A DNA stretch of 64,000 bases from positions 1,696,001 to 1,760,000 of the forward strand of contig CAWFXA010000002.1 of assembly GCA_963819655.1 (NCBI GenBank). Reading direction: 5' to 3'. Under the pieces are notes generated by a model. It had not been told where the DNA came from, did no database searches, and saw nothing but the letters and a program-made list of their open reading frames with translations. The DNA is from an uncultured Chloroflexia bacterium. GTDB lineage: Bacteria > Chloroflexota > Limnocylindria > Limnocylindrales > CSP1-4. The position numbers and the translations under genes were made by a program. Position 1 is the first letter of the stretch. Each line of letters starts with the position of its first letter. This document shows, in pieces, positions 22,175-32,373 of this stretch.

Positions 22175-23269
22175 TCAGAACGTGATGACCTGCCGGACGT
22201 AGCGGCCCGCTCGCATCGCCACAAAGGCATCTTCGATGTCGTCGAGGGCGATCCGCCGGTCGATCAGGCGATCCACCGGCAGTCGACCCGAGACCACCCA
22301 CGAGGCGTAACGCGGAAAATCGACCGCCGGCTCTGCAAAGCCATAGTTGGAGCCCAGGATCCGGCGCGAGCCGTCGACGAACGGGTAGACCTCGAACGAG
22401 GCACGCTCCCCGATCGGGGTCATGCCAACCAGCACGGCGGTCCCGCCCACAGGCAGAGCGGCGATGGCAAGCTCGGCGGTCGATGACCGGCCGATCGCTT
22501 CGAAGACGAAATCGGGACCACCGTCGGTCAGCTCGCGCAGCGCCTCGACCGTGGCCGCGGCATCGTCATCGGCGAGCAGCCCGTTCGTGGCCCCGACCGA
22601 TCGCGCGACATCCAGCTTCGATGCCACGCGGTCGATAGCAACGATCTGCGACGCACCCGCGATGACCGCACCCATCACGCACGACAGCCCGACGCCGCCC
22701 AGGCCGATCACGGCGACCGACGATCCCGTGGGCACGTTCGCGGTCTTGAGGACGGCCCCGACGCCCGTCGTCACGCAACAGCCGATCAGCGCGGCCGTCG
22801 CCGGATCGACGCCGTCGGGGAGGGGTATCGCGGCGGCGGCCGGCACGACGGATGCCTCGGCCATGGTCCCGATCGCACAGTAGGACCGGACGCCACGGAA
22901 CGCCGTCTCACCGTCCAGCAGCGTGTGCCGATACGACGGGGAGTCGGGACATGCCCAGATCTGCCCGCGGCGGCACGAGCGACACACACCGCAGGGGATC
23001 AGCCACGACAGCGCAACGAGCTGGCCGACACGGGGCGTGGTCACGCCCGGACCGACGGCCTCGACGATCCCCGCCCCTTCGTGGCCCATGACGATCGGGG
23101 TCGGTCGATCCCACTCGCCGTCGCGGACGTGGAGGTCGGAGTGGCACACACCGGACGCCAGCATCCGGACGCGGACCTCCCCGGCGCGCTGATCGATCAG
23201 CTCGAGCTCCCGAACGACGGCCGGTCGACCGACCTCCTCGAGCACGACGGCACGGACCACAGACGTCAT
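22175..23269 (-). CDS. Zinc-dependent alcohol dehydrogenase
   Basis: GVCHSDLH, GHEGAG, CGVCRSC...C, GCCVTTGVGA, GLGGVGLS. Confidence 0.92.
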   Translation of the reverse strand: MTSVVRAVVLEEVGRPAVVRELELIDQRAGEVRVRMLASGVCHSDLHVRDGEWDRPTPIVMGHEGAGIVEAVGPGVTTPRVGQLVALSWLIPCGVCRSCRRGQIWACPDSPSYRHTLLDGETAFRGVRSYCAIGTMAEASVVPAAAAIPLPDGVDPATAALIGCCVTTGVGAVLKTANVPTGSSVAVIGLGGVGLSCVMGAVIAGASQIVAIDRVASKLDVARSVGATNGLLADDDAAATVEALRELTDGGPDFVFEAIGRSSTAELAIAALPVGGTAVLVGMTPIGERASFEVYPFVDGSRRILGSNYGFAEPAVDFPRYASWVVSGRLPVDRLIDRRIALDDIEDAFVAMRAGRYVRQVITF

Positions 23270-23345
23270 GTCTCGCTCGACCGACGCCGCTCGGCGGGGC
23301 GAGCCGGCACATACAGGGGGCGCACAGCGCCAGTATCGTTGGGCG

Positions 23346-24197
23346 ATGGACCCCTTGCCCCCCGGTTTTCGCTGGCCCGACGGCATTCGCGCGGCCGCCA
23401 TGTTCACGTTCGATGTCGACGCCGAGGCGGTCATGTTGACCGACCACCCCGAAGTCATCGACTACCTCGATGTCATCGGACATCAAAGGTATGGGCCGCA
23501 GGTCGCCGTACCCCGCTTGTTGCGCCTGCTCGACCGCCGGAAGCTGCGCACGACGTTCTTCGTCCCGGGCTGGGTTGCCGAGACGTGGCCGGCGGTGGCG
23601 CGGTCGATCCGCGATGCCGGCCACGAGATCGGCCACCACGGCTACATGCACGAGAGCGTGCGCGGCAAGGACGAGGCGACCGAAGAGGGCTACCTCGTGC
23701 GCGGCCTCGAAGCGCTCGACTCCGTGCTGGGCATCAGGCCCATCGGGTATCGACCGCCGTCGTGCGACATGAACTTCCGGACCCCTGCCCTGTTGGCTCG
23801 GCACGGCTTTGCGTACGACTCCGGGATGATGGATTCGGATCATCCGTACCGCTGGGCGTCGGGCCTGATCGAGTTGCCGATGCATTGGAGCCTTGACGAC
23901 TGGAACCGATACAACTACGTGCCCGGCTATGCGTCGTCGCCGATCATGCGTCCGAGCGAGGTCTGCGACGGCTGGGCCGAGGAGCTCGATGCGATCGCCG
24001 AGGTCGGTGGCTTGTTCGACCTGACGATGCACCCGTTCATCAGCGGGCGACCGGCACGTGCCGCGGCGCTCGAGCGGCTGATCGAGCGAGCCCAGTCGTT
24101 GGACGGCGTGTGGGTGGCCGCCGGCGACGAGATCGCCGCGTGGGTCGCGGGGCTGGACTTGCAAGGGGTCGTGCACGAGCCACCGGTCGTCGGATAG
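23346..24197 (+). CDS. Polysaccharide deacetylase (CE4, PuuE/PgdA-like)
   Basis: TFDVD, TFFVPG, HEIGHHGYMH, GYRPP, YDSG, TMHPFISGRPAR. Confidence 0.9.
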   Translation: MDPLPPGFRWPDGIRAAAMFTFDVDAEAVMLTDHPEVIDYLDVIGHQRYGPQVAVPRLLRLLDRRKLRTTFFVPGWVAETWPAVARSIRDAGHEIGHHGYMHESVRGKDEATEEGYLVRGLEALDSVLGIRPIGYRPPSCDMNFRTPALLARHGFAYDSGMMDSDHPYRWASGLIELPMHWSLDDWNRYNYVPGYASSPIMRPSEVCDGWAEELDAIAEVGGLFDLTMHPFISGRPARAAALERLIERAQSLDGVWVAAGDEIAAWVAGLDLQGVVHEPPVVG

Positions 24198-24215
24198 CGG
24201 GCGGCGGTCGATCGC

Positions 24216-24280
24216 GGCCGTGGATACCGGCCGTGGACCCAGGCCGTGGACCCCGGCCGTGGACCCCGGCCGTGGACCCC
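24216..24280. repeat. 13-bp tandem repeat GGCCGTGGACCCC, 5 copies
   Basis: Units start at 24216, 24229, 24242, 24255, 24268. Confidence 0.9.
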
Positions 24281-24285
24281 GGCGC

Positions 24286-24637
24286 TGATGCATATTTCCG
24301 GCCGCAGACTCGACTTCTTCGTGGAGATGCGCATGGCCCGCATCACCAACGGATGAGGTGGGCACCGGGGACGAGGTGGCCACCGGCCCAGCGGCCCCTG
24401 ATGCGGCCAGTGCGCAGCAGTCGGCGACCGGCGGAGGCGGCACGGGCGCAGCAGCCGCTCTGATGCGGCCCATGCGCATCAGCAGACGATCGGCGACGGA
24501 GCGCCGCCGAATATGCATCAGCCTGGCCGCTTGGAGCGGCTCTAATGCGGCCCATGCGCATCAGCAGACGATCGGCGACGGAGCGCCGCCGAATATGCAT
24601 CAGCCGGCCGGCGACGCAGCGCGCCGAATATGCATCA
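24286..24637. repeat. Cluster of 60-bp REP-like elements
   Basis: 24286-24345 (+); 24461-24520 and 24543-24602 (-, near-identical); degenerate copy from 24399; partial copy ending 24637. Confidence 0.85.
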
Positions 24638-25087
24638 GCCGGCCGGCAGCACCCGCAACACGCCCACCATCCCGTAGGCCTCGTGACCCGGGAGGTGGCA
24701 GATGAACCGGTACGCCCCGGGTGTGTCGAACACAACGGTCGTCGTCGCCCGCGTCCCAGCCGGCAGCGTGACCTCGGTCGGGCGCAGGCCGTGCTGGGGC
24801 TCCGTGCCCGTTCGATGGCGCTCGTGGAACGCCTCGTCGCCGACGAGCCACTCGTGGTCGATCGGGTCGGTGTTGACCAGCGTGACCGTGATCGGGACAC
24901 CGGCCGTGGCGACCACCTCGGTCGGCCTGAATGCAGAGAAATGGATATCGATCCGGGCCGTGGTCGTGGCCCGGTCCAGGCCCGGTGCCCGGACCCACGC
25001 CGCAGCGATGCCGGCCAGTCCCAGCGACAGAGCGATCCCGCCGAACAGGGCGAGACGCCCTGGCCGGCGGGTCAATCGCGGATCCAT
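24635..25087 (-). CDS. Cupredoxin (plastocyanin/azurin-like) copper-binding protein
   Basis: N-terminal TM/signal; HEW and CHLPGHEAYGM type-1 copper ligands. Confidence 0.88.
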   Translation of the reverse strand: MDPRLTRRPGRLALFGGIALSLGLAGIAAAWVRAPGLDRATTTARIDIHFSAFRPTEVVATAGVPITVTLVNTDPIDHEWLVGDEAFHERHRTGTEPQHGLRPTEVTLPAGTRATTTVVFDTPGAYRFICHLPGHEAYGMVGVLRVLPAG

Positions 25088-26157
25088 CAGGCGGGTCGGA
25101 GGCCCGACCCCATCTGGTGCCGTGCGATCAGCACGAGGATGCCCCCGATGCCGACCGTCACGAAGGACACGCCCGCGAACCAGCGGAGGGCGGCCATCAT
25201 GGTCGGGTCGGTGGCGCCCGGAAGGTCAAGGCCGGCTGCGACACGAGACGGCGCGCCGGCACCGGAGGCATCGACCGCGAGGTCGTAGCCGAACTGCGGC
25301 GCGGTCCCATCGAGCGCGATCTTGGTCAGCCATGCCTTGTCGGGCACCCACTCCATACCGCGGTCGGACCGCAGATCGGAGAGCAGCCCATCGTTTGCGG
25401 CGGCCGAGTGCTCGAGCGTCATCCCGTTGAAGCCGTCCGGGTGCGGCAGCATCGCCGGGGCCCGATCGGTCAACAGGTACACGTCCGCCTCGACGACCTC
25501 GCTCTCGCCCTTGCCGAGGGCCAGGATGCGGAGCGGCACCCAGGGATTCTCGGTCGGGATCGTGATGTGGACCGGCGTCCCATCGCCGACGTTCTGGCCG
25601 CGGGCCGCGGCCGCCTCGCCGTCGAACGCGGCCGCGAGGAAGATCTGGCTGCGCTGCGCGTAGAACTCGAGGACTTCGGGCGCGTCGGGCGGGAGGCGGA
25701 AGCCGTGATCCGTCGCCCACGTCCCGACCTCGGCGGCACCGCCGCGCAGGACCGTGATGTCGAGCGCGTCGATCGTGACTTCCATGAGGACCTCGGCGCT
25801 CGCCGCAGGGACCGCCGCACCTAGCGAGAAGAGGGCTGCATCACGGCTCACCGGATCGGTCTCGCGGAGGAGGCGCTGGAGCGTCCAGTCCCCGCCCTTC
25901 TCGACACTCGTCGGTATGCCGGGGAGTGGCGTCAGGCTGCCGAAGGAGCCCCCGCCGCCGGCGAATTCGAACGAGGTCACATAGTGCTCGACCCCGTCGT
26001 GGTAGCCCGCGAACGTCGTCGTTCGCAGGAGGTTGACCGCCCCGTTGGGACCGATGAGCCCGCCGCAGGCTAGAGCGGGGGCCGCGCTGAAGGCGACCAG
26101 GAGAAGGCCGGCGACGAGGGCGATGGTCCGCCTGCTGGCCCGGGTGATCGATCGCAT
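25087..26157 (-). CDS. DUF2330-like exported protein with C-terminal TM anchor
   Basis: AGGAGG RBS; signal peptide ending ALA-CGG; LTPLPGIP, WATDHGF, PWVPLRIL; C-terminal hydrophobic helix. Confidence 0.75.
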   Translation of the reverse strand: MRSITRASRRTIALVAGLLLVAFSAAPALACGGLIGPNGAVNLLRTTTFAGYHDGVEHYVTSFEFAGGGGSFGSLTPLPGIPTSVEKGGDWTLQRLLRETDPVSRDAALFSLGAAVPAASAEVLMEVTIDALDITVLRGGAAEVGTWATDHGFRLPPDAPEVLEFYAQRSQIFLAAAFDGEAAAARGQNVGDGTPVHITIPTENPWVPLRILALGKGESEVVEADVYLLTDRAPAMLPHPDGFNGMTLEHSAAANDGLLSDLRSDRGMEWVPDKAWLTKIALDGTAPQFGYDLAVDASGAGAPSRVAAGLDLPGATDPTMMAALRWFAGVSFVTVGIGGILVLIARHQMGSGLRPA

Positions 26158-26285
26158 CGAACGATCCTCCTGTGGAACGGCCAGCCCTCGAAGCATCTTG
26201 GGGTCCGGTCCGTTTGGGGTGAGACTCCGGAACGTCCGCGGATGTTCCGCGGACGTGTGCCGGAGCGCACCTCCCGGTCGAGTCG

Positions 26286-27281
26286 TCAGCGGCGGGACGC
26301 CGCGTACGCCTTGCGAAAGCCATCGATGGCGTCCCAGGCGACGATCGCGACGACGGTCACCGCGATGACGATGCCCGTGACATCCAGCCAGGTGCCGCCC
26401 GTCGCCGACCCGACCGCCGACACGAGGGCCGGGTTGAACAGCAGATCGTTCTGGAGCAGCCACACGGCCGGGATGGCGAACGCCGCGCCTAGCACCGCGT
26501 TGATCGTCGCGAAGCCCCATGTCCAGCGACGGCGCAGGTACAGCGCGATCGTGAACCCGATCTCCAGCAAGGTGACGATGAGGAAGTAGGGCAGCCAGAA
26601 CGACCAGAGGGCGGGGTCGAACAGCGGGAAGGACTGGCCGTCGACCACGATCGGCGGTTGCAGCTGGACCCACAGGATGGCGGCGACCACGAACACGTTC
26701 GCGGCGACCGTGCTGGCGGCCTCGAGGATGCCGATGCGGCCGTCGTCGGGCAACTCCGGCAGGTCGTCGACGCTCCATGGCTTGCTCTTGATCGCGTTGG
26801 GGCTGGTCGCCCGCTCGATCACCGCGAAGACCAGGGTCACCCAGAAGAGCGTCTGGAGGGTGACCGTGATGGCCGTCCCGATTCCGGCCGTGATCGCCTG
26901 GCCGACCGTGTTGCCGGACAGCAGGTTGGCCGCGAGGACGACGATCGACACGATCGGCACGACGATCGGCAGGATGAGCGTCAGGAGACGCCGCCACTCG
27001 GGGAAGAAGGTCGGGCCGATGAGGTAGTTCGGCTGCTCGGAGTACCGCGCGGCAAGGAGCCCCGGATCGCCGAGCTCGGCCAGGGCCGCGCGCTCCGCGG
27101 CCTCCGTGGCCTCGGCGGCATCTCCGGTTGGTGCCGATCCTCCGTCGGGTGACGGTTGCCCGTTCCGTGCCTCGATCGCGTCGGCAACGAGGGCTCGGAT
27201 CTCGGGCTCCAGCTCGGTCCGTTGGGAGCGTGGCACCGCGCGGAGCACGGCCCACACGTAACGGTCGGTCAGGGCGGTCAT
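26286..27281 (-). CDS. HAAS / permease-prefix-domain membrane protein
   Basis: LTDRYVWAV...ELEPEIRALVADAIE...ALAELGDP...YLIGP followed by several TM helices; coupled to PadR. Confidence 0.82.
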   Translation of the reverse strand: MTALTDRYVWAVLRAVPRSQRTELEPEIRALVADAIEARNGQPSPDGGSAPTGDAAEATEAAERAALAELGDPGLLAARYSEQPNYLIGPTFFPEWRRLLTLILPIVVPIVSIVVLAANLLSGNTVGQAITAGIGTAITVTLQTLFWVTLVFAVIERATSPNAIKSKPWSVDDLPELPDDGRIGILEAASTVAANVFVVAAILWVQLQPPIVVDGQSFPLFDPALWSFWLPYFLIVTLLEIGFTIALYLRRRWTWGFATINAVLGAAFAIPAVWLLQNDLLFNPALVSAVGSATGGTWLDVTGIVIAVTVVAIVAWDAIDGFRKAYAASRR

Positions 27282-27619
27282 CGTTGATCTCCTTGGTCAA
27301 GGGCGCGGATCGAGGCATCGAGCCGCTTCCAGTCGTCGAGGAGCTCCGCGGCGAAACGGTCGCCGTCGGAGCTGGTCCGATAGAACTTGCGCGGCCGGGA
27401 CTCCTCGGTGTTCCACTCGCTGGTCAGCACACCCTGCGACTCCAGGCGCCGGAGGAGCGGGTAGAGCGTGTTGGCATCGACGCTGAACCCGAGGTCGCGC
27501 AACCGGTCGAGCAGCGCGTAGCCGTAGCCCGGTCGACGGAGCAGGAGCAGGCATGCGAGCACGACCGTGCCGCGTCGCAGTTCCTGTCGTCCGCCGGCCA
27601 GGAGTTCGGTGAGGTCCAT
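27278..27619 (-). CDS. PadR family transcriptional regulator
   Basis: QELRRG, YGYAL, NTLYPLLRRLE, RPRKFY. Confidence 0.93.
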   Translation of the reverse strand: MDLTELLAGGRQELRRGTVVLACLLLLRRPGYGYALLDRLRDLGFSVDANTLYPLLRRLESQGVLTSEWNTEESRPRKFYRTSSDGDRFAAELLDDWKRLDASIRALDQGDQR

Positions 27620-27626
27620 GTCCGGC

Positions 27627-27655
27627 ACTATAGTGTGTGTCACACACTATTGCAA
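27627..27655 (-). promoter_or_regulatory. Sigma70 promoter TTGCAA-N17-TATAGT with a perfect palindromic operator
   Basis: ATAGTGTGTG-T-CACACACTAT at 27630-27650 fills the spacer; ATG 7 nt after the -10 box. Confidence 0.8.
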
Positions 27656-27755
27656 GTGGCACACCACCTTCGCGCCCGAGCGCTGGCGGTCCCGGCGCGG
27701 GCTAGGTCCATCGCGGGGGTGACGTGGCGTTGGTCGACCCGTCAGACTGGCCGCC

Positions 27756-29330
27756 ATGCGCGCCATTCCCGCCGCCCTTGCCGGTCTCCTGCTGCTCGCC
27801 ACTGCTGCGCCCGTCGCCGCTGGGTTCCCCTCGAAGGACGCCCGGTACCACGACTACGCCGAGATGGTGGCCGAGCTCAACAAGGCGGTCGTCGACCATC
27901 CCGCGATCGTGCAGAAGTTCTCGATCGGCGAGAGCTACCAGCACCGCCAGATCTGGGCCGCGAAGATCTCGGACAACGTCGCGACCGACGAGAACGAGCC
28001 CGAAGTCCTCATCGATGCCCTGCATCATGCCCGCGAACACCTGACCGTCGAGCAGGCACTGGCCGCGCTGCGCTGGCTATCAGACGGCTACCCGTCGAAC
28101 TCGACGGTCAAGAGGTTGGTCGACACCCGCGAGATCTTCATCGTGTTCATGGTCAACCCCGACGGCGGGGAGTACGACATCGCCGGTTCCACGTACCGAG
28201 CCTGGCGCAAGAACCGCCAGCCGAATGCTGGGACCACGAACGTCGGCACCGACCTCAATCGTAACTACGACTACCACTGGGGCTGCTGCGGCGGGTCGTC
28301 CGGTGCGAAGTCCTCGAGTACGTACCGCGGCCCGAGGGCCTTCTCCGCGCCAGAGACGCGGGCCATGCGCGACTTCATCAACAGCCGCGTGGTCGGTGGC
28401 CGCCAGCAGATCAAGGCCGCGATCACGTTGCACACGGCAGGCGAGCAAGTGCTATGGCCGTATGGCTACACCAGGGCCGACGTCCCGGCCGACATGACCG
28501 CCGATGACCAGGCGGCGCTGCGCACGATAGGTGGACGGCTGGCCGGCAAGAACGGCTACACGCCGATGCAGTCGAGCTCGCTGTACATCACCGACGGCGA
28601 CGAGATCGACTGGGCCTATGGGCGCCACCGGATCTTCATGTACACGTTCGAGCTGTACCCGCGAGGGGTCACCTCGCTGAGCCGGTTCTACCCGCCGGAC
28701 GAGGTGATCGGCCGCGAGACCGAGCGGAACAAGTCGGCGATCCTGTACCTGATCGACGTCGCCGGCTGCCTGTACGCGCCGATCGGCAAGACCCAGACCC
28801 ACTGCGGCCCGCTCAACGACGACTTCGAGGTGAGCCGCGGCTGGGCGGTCGACCCGCTCGGCACCGATACCGCGACTGGTGGTGTCTGGCAGCGCCTCAA
28901 CCCCGCCGGGACGAACTACCAGGCGAATACGGTCACGTCCGGATCGATCGCGCTCGTGACGGGCGCTGCGGCCGGGTCGACGTCGAGCGCCAACGACGTC
29001 GATGGGGGCGCCACCTCGGTCCGCTCACCGGAGATCGCGCTGCCGAGCGCGGTCGGGCGGCTGACCTTCCGCTATTACCTCGCGCATGCCTCGAACGCGA
29101 GCGCCGCGGACACCTTCCAGGCATTCGTCGAGGAGTCGGATGGGACGCGCACGCTGGTCCGCGCCGAGGCCGGTGCCGCGAACACCGACCGCGCGGCGTG
29201 GGCCTCGACATCGGTGCCGCTGACGCCATGGGCCGGTCAGACGGTCCGGATCGTGTTCGTGGCGACCGACGGCGGCCCCGATTCGCTGGTCGAGGCCGCG
29301 GTCGACGACGTGAGGATCACCCGACCATAG
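27756..29330 (+). CDS. Secreted M14 zinc carboxypeptidase (carboxypeptidase T-like) with C-terminal beta-sandwich domain
   Basis: Signal peptide, HHAREH, VNPDG, WRKNRQP, DLNRNY, FSAPET, LHTAGE, YTFEL. Confidence 0.92.
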   Translation: MRAIPAALAGLLLLATAAPVAAGFPSKDARYHDYAEMVAELNKAVVDHPAIVQKFSIGESYQHRQIWAAKISDNVATDENEPEVLIDALHHAREHLTVEQALAALRWLSDGYPSNSTVKRLVDTREIFIVFMVNPDGGEYDIAGSTYRAWRKNRQPNAGTTNVGTDLNRNYDYHWGCCGGSSGAKSSSTYRGPRAFSAPETRAMRDFINSRVVGGRQQIKAAITLHTAGEQVLWPYGYTRADVPADMTADDQAALRTIGGRLAGKNGYTPMQSSSLYITDGDEIDWAYGRHRIFMYTFELYPRGVTSLSRFYPPDEVIGRETERNKSAILYLIDVAGCLYAPIGKTQTHCGPLNDDFEVSRGWAVDPLGTDTATGGVWQRLNPAGTNYQANTVTSGSIALVTGAAAGSTSSANDVDGGATSVRSPEIALPSAVGRLTFRYYLAHASNASAADTFQAFVEESDGTRTLVRAEAGAANTDRAAWASTSVPLTPWAGQTVRIVFVATDGGPDSLVEAAVDDVRITRP

Positions 29331-29401
29331 GCGCGTCGCGAAGGGGCTCGCGCGCCGGGCCCAGGGCGCTCGGACCCTGGGGCACCGGCGCTCGAACCGG
29401 T

Positions 29402-30370
29402 TTACTGCATCGGCTCGGTCTGACCGTAGATCTTCGGGCTGATCTGGTAAGCGTGCTGCTCGAGGTCGATCGCGAGATTGTCGAACTTTCGGAGAGCTGA
29501 TGACTGGAGTGTCGCGGTCGACTTGAGCTCCAGTTCCTCGCGCGTCTCTGCCTCTCCGCGCCACCCGACACGGATCTCGCCGACGCCCTTCGCGTACGAC
29601 TTGAGCTGGAAGATGCCGGCCTCGCCGTCGCTCGACTCGGCGAACCGATCGACGTTGTTGAAGCAGCCTGCGACGACACAATCGCTGAGCCCGAACTCAT
29701 CGATCCGACCGAAGTCAGACCATTCGACGGCCGGTCCCCAGCCCTGGTAGTAGCTCTGCGTGTGAGTCGAGGGATCGGCGAACATCTTGATCCCGGGCCT
29801 AGCGTCGTCGAAGCCGGCGAGCCAGGTCGGCGCAGCGACGAACTCGCCGTCCTCGTACTCCTCTGGATGCTCACCGAAATACCAGACGGTGCCATCGTCG
29901 TCCTGCGCATAGAACGCGATCTCCACCTCGACCAGCTGGCCGTCGCTGAAGTCCTCGACCCACGCCACGGCCGTCTGGACGCCGGCGATGCGCTTGGTCA
30001 GGTGGGTAACGGTGAAGGTGATCCGGTGCGGGATCCGTTCCCCGCCCTCGAGCGTGACACCGTCTTCGATCCAACGGCGACCGGGCTGTAACGGCAGCCA
30101 CTCGTTCGTGATCGTCGCGCCGTTCGAGAAATGGGAGGGGTCGAACTCGGCGAAGGCCGGAACGGATGGATCGAGGGTTGGTGTGGGCTCCGCCGTGGGT
30201 GCCACGCTCGGGGCAGGAGTCGGGCCGACATTCCCCGTATCGGGTAACGGCGGGGCCGTCGCGGGCGGTGGGCTGGCGGCGGCCTGACTCGCAGGCGCGC
30301 GACTACACCCGACCGTGGCGACCAGAACCAAGGCAGCGGCGCACAAGGCGCCCGCGCTCGACCAACGCAT
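29402..30370 (-). CDS. Putative lipoprotein
   Basis: Lipobox-like TVGC, Pro-rich linker, ITNEWLPLQPG, FYAQDDDGTVWYFGE, KSYAKGVGEI. Confidence 0.75.
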   Translation of the reverse strand: MRWSSAGALCAAALVLVATVGCSRAPASQAAASPPPATAPPLPDTGNVGPTPAPSVAPTAEPTPTLDPSVPAFAEFDPSHFSNGATITNEWLPLQPGRRWIEDGVTLEGGERIPHRITFTVTHLTKRIAGVQTAVAWVEDFSDGQLVEVEIAFYAQDDDGTVWYFGEHPEEYEDGEFVAAPTWLAGFDDARPGIKMFADPSTHTQSYYQGWGPAVEWSDFGRIDEFGLSDCVVAGCFNNVDRFAESSDGEAGIFQLKSYAKGVGEIRVGWRGEAETREELELKSTATLQSSALRKFDNLAIDLEQHAYQISPKIYGQTEPMQ

Positions 30371-30492
30371 GACGGAAACCCCCAATAACCCCTCGACCGC
30401 CCCCAGCGGTATACGAATAGTACTTTGGTACCGGGAACCTCGGTTCGCACTATGTTGGAATGCGAAGTGGTGCGTTCTCGCACCACGGAAAA

Positions 30493-31614
30493 TCAGATCG
30501 GGAGGCGGACGCGGAACGTGGTACCGGCACTCCCCGTGGATTCGACCTCCAGATCGCCCCCGTGGGCCGCCACGAGATAGCGCGCGATCGCCAATCCGAG
30601 ACCCGATCCAGTGGAGCCGGCGCCCTTCACGAATTGGTCGAAGACATGGGGGAGGAGAGCGGCATCGATGCCTGGGCCAGTGTCCGCGACGCGGATCACG
30701 AGGCGGTCGCCCGCCACCTCCCCACGGACGACGACCGTGCCGCCGGATGGGGTGTGGCGGACCCCGTTCGCCACGAGATTGGCGAGCACCTCCCGGATCC
30801 GGACCGGGTCGACGTCGACGATCGGAAGATCGGACGGGACATCGGCCGTGACGGTCACCCCGGCCGTGCCAGCCGAGCCCGCGAACGACCGCACGACCTC
30901 ATCGATGAGAACGTCCGGGTCGGTCGGCTCCCGATGCAGCTGGAGCGTGCCGGCCTCCGACAGAGCCACCGTCCGCAGGTCGTCGATCAGGCGTTCCATG
31001 ACCCGCGTCTCCTCGAGGATCGCGGTGAGGTGCGCCTCGTCGGCCGCGTGGACGCCATCGATCATCGCCTCGAGGTTGCCGGCGATCACGGTCAGGGGCG
31101 TCCGCAGCTCGTGGCTCACATCGTTGAGCAACGTCCGCCGCTGGTCCTCGTCGCGTTGGAGCCGCTCGACCATCGTGTCGAAGCCGCGGGCGAGCTGGCG
31201 CACTGGTCGCATGCCCCGCTCGGGCACGGGAACGCGGACCGAGTAGTCCCCGGCCTCGACGCGAGCGGTCGCATCCAGCAGGGCATCGAGCGTTCCGGCC
31301 GACCGACGCAGCCCACGGCTCAGTGCCACGAGAGCCGCGACGACGACGATGACGGCGATCGCCCCTGCGACCGGCCCGAGCTGGGAGAGTGCCGTGGCCG
31401 TCGCCGCCACGAGCGCGCCCGCCACCACAAGGAAGATGATCCCGAACACGCAGCCGAAGCCGCGCCACGGACCGCCGCGCCACGGCCCACGGCGCTGACC
31501 CCACTCACCTGCGCGGCGCCGACGCCACATCTCGCGGCGATAGGCGCGCCAATCCTCGGGGCCCTCGGGCCAGGGCGGGCCGCCGCGTTCCGGGGAACCG
31601 CCACGCTCACTCAT
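30493..31614 (-). CDS. HAMP sensor histidine kinase (BaeS-like)
   Basis: Two close TM helices, HAMP, SHELRTPL, NLVANG, DTGPGI, GSGLGLAI. Confidence 0.93.
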   Translation of the reverse strand: MSERGGSPERGGPPWPEGPEDWRAYRREMWRRRRAGEWGQRRGPWRGGPWRGFGCVFGIIFLVVAGALVAATATALSQLGPVAGAIAVIVVVAALVALSRGLRRSAGTLDALLDATARVEAGDYSVRVPVPERGMRPVRQLARGFDTMVERLQRDEDQRRTLLNDVSHELRTPLTVIAGNLEAMIDGVHAADEAHLTAILEETRVMERLIDDLRTVALSEAGTLQLHREPTDPDVLIDEVVRSFAGSAGTAGVTVTADVPSDLPIVDVDPVRIREVLANLVANGVRHTPSGGTVVVRGEVAGDRLVIRVADTGPGIDAALLPHVFDQFVKGAGSTGSGLGLAIARYLVAAHGGDLEVESTGSAGTTFRVRLPI

Positions 31615-32297
31615 CGATCGTCCGCCAGGCGATAGCCCACGCCGTACACGGTCAACACGTACCGAGGTTGCCGGGGATCGGGCTCGAGCTTGCGGCGCAG
31701 GTTCTTGACGTGCGAGTCGATCGCGCGCTCGTAGCTCTCGAACGCGACCCCGTGCAGCGCATCGAGCAACTGGCTCCGGGTGAAGATCCTGCCCGGCTCG
31801 CGCGCGAGGGTAGCAAGGAGCGTGAACTCGGTCGGGGTGAGGTCGACGGACGTGCCGGCCACCTCGGTCCGCATCCGTGGCACGTCCAGCGTCAGGTCGC
31901 CGACCCGCATGACGTCCCCGGCACCGACCGGGCGATCGGCACGCCGCAGCACAGCCTTGACCCGCGCAACGAGCTCGCGCGGCGAGAACGGCTTCGTGAG
32001 GTAGTCGTCGGCCCCGAGCTCGAGCCCGAGCAACTTGTCGAGCTCATCGTCACGTGCGGTCAGCATCACGATCGGGATCGATCCTGCCTTCCGCAGCTCA
32101 CGCGTCACGTCGAGGCCGTCGAGCCCGGGCAGACCGAGATCGAGGACGACCAGGTCGGGTCGATCGCGGCGCGCAGTTTCGAGTGCCGCAGGCCCATCCC
32201 GCGCGACCACGACCGAAAAGCCGGCGTGCTCGAGATAGTCGCGTGCCAGTTCGACGATCCGTGGCTCGTCATCGACAACGAGGATGGTGCGGTTCAT
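31611..32297 (-). CDS. OmpR-family response regulator
   Basis: ILVVDDE, LDLGLPG, GADDYLTKPFSPREL, LTPTEF, TVYGVGY. Confidence 0.94.
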   Translation of the reverse strand: MNRTILVVDDEPRIVELARDYLEHAGFSVVVARDGPAALETARRDRPDLVVLDLGLPGLDGLDVTRELRKAGSIPIVMLTARDDELDKLLGLELGADDYLTKPFSPRELVARVKAVLRRADRPVGAGDVMRVGDLTLDVPRMRTEVAGTSVDLTPTEFTLLATLAREPGRIFTRSQLLDALHGVAFESYERAIDSHVKNLRRKLEPDPRQPRYVLTVYGVGYRLADDR

Positions 32298-32324
32298 GTC
32301 GCGCTGCATCGTACCGACATGGAT

Positions 32325-32353
32325 GCGCCCTCCCGGAGGGACCGGGAGGGCGC
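32325..32353 (-). terminator. GC-rich hairpin (12-bp stem)
   Basis: GCGCCCTCCCGG-AGGGA-CCGGGAGGGCGC between the membrane protein and the response regulator; no U tract. Confidence 0.5.
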
Positions 32354-32373
32354 GGTGTCTGTCGATCGCCGGC

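Noticed and set aside
24216-24637. Possible CRISPR array
   Set aside because: Repeats are in mixed orientation, two cores are identical, spacing is irregular and there are no cas genes in the window
24358-25288. ORFs containing MRPMRIS...ICIS peptides
   Set aside because: These are translations of the 60-bp DNA element, with no RBS or coding support
25087-27318. 743-aa ORF overlapping the HAAS gene
   Set aside because: The upstream part is Arg-rich off-frame sequence; RBS and signal peptide place the start at 26157
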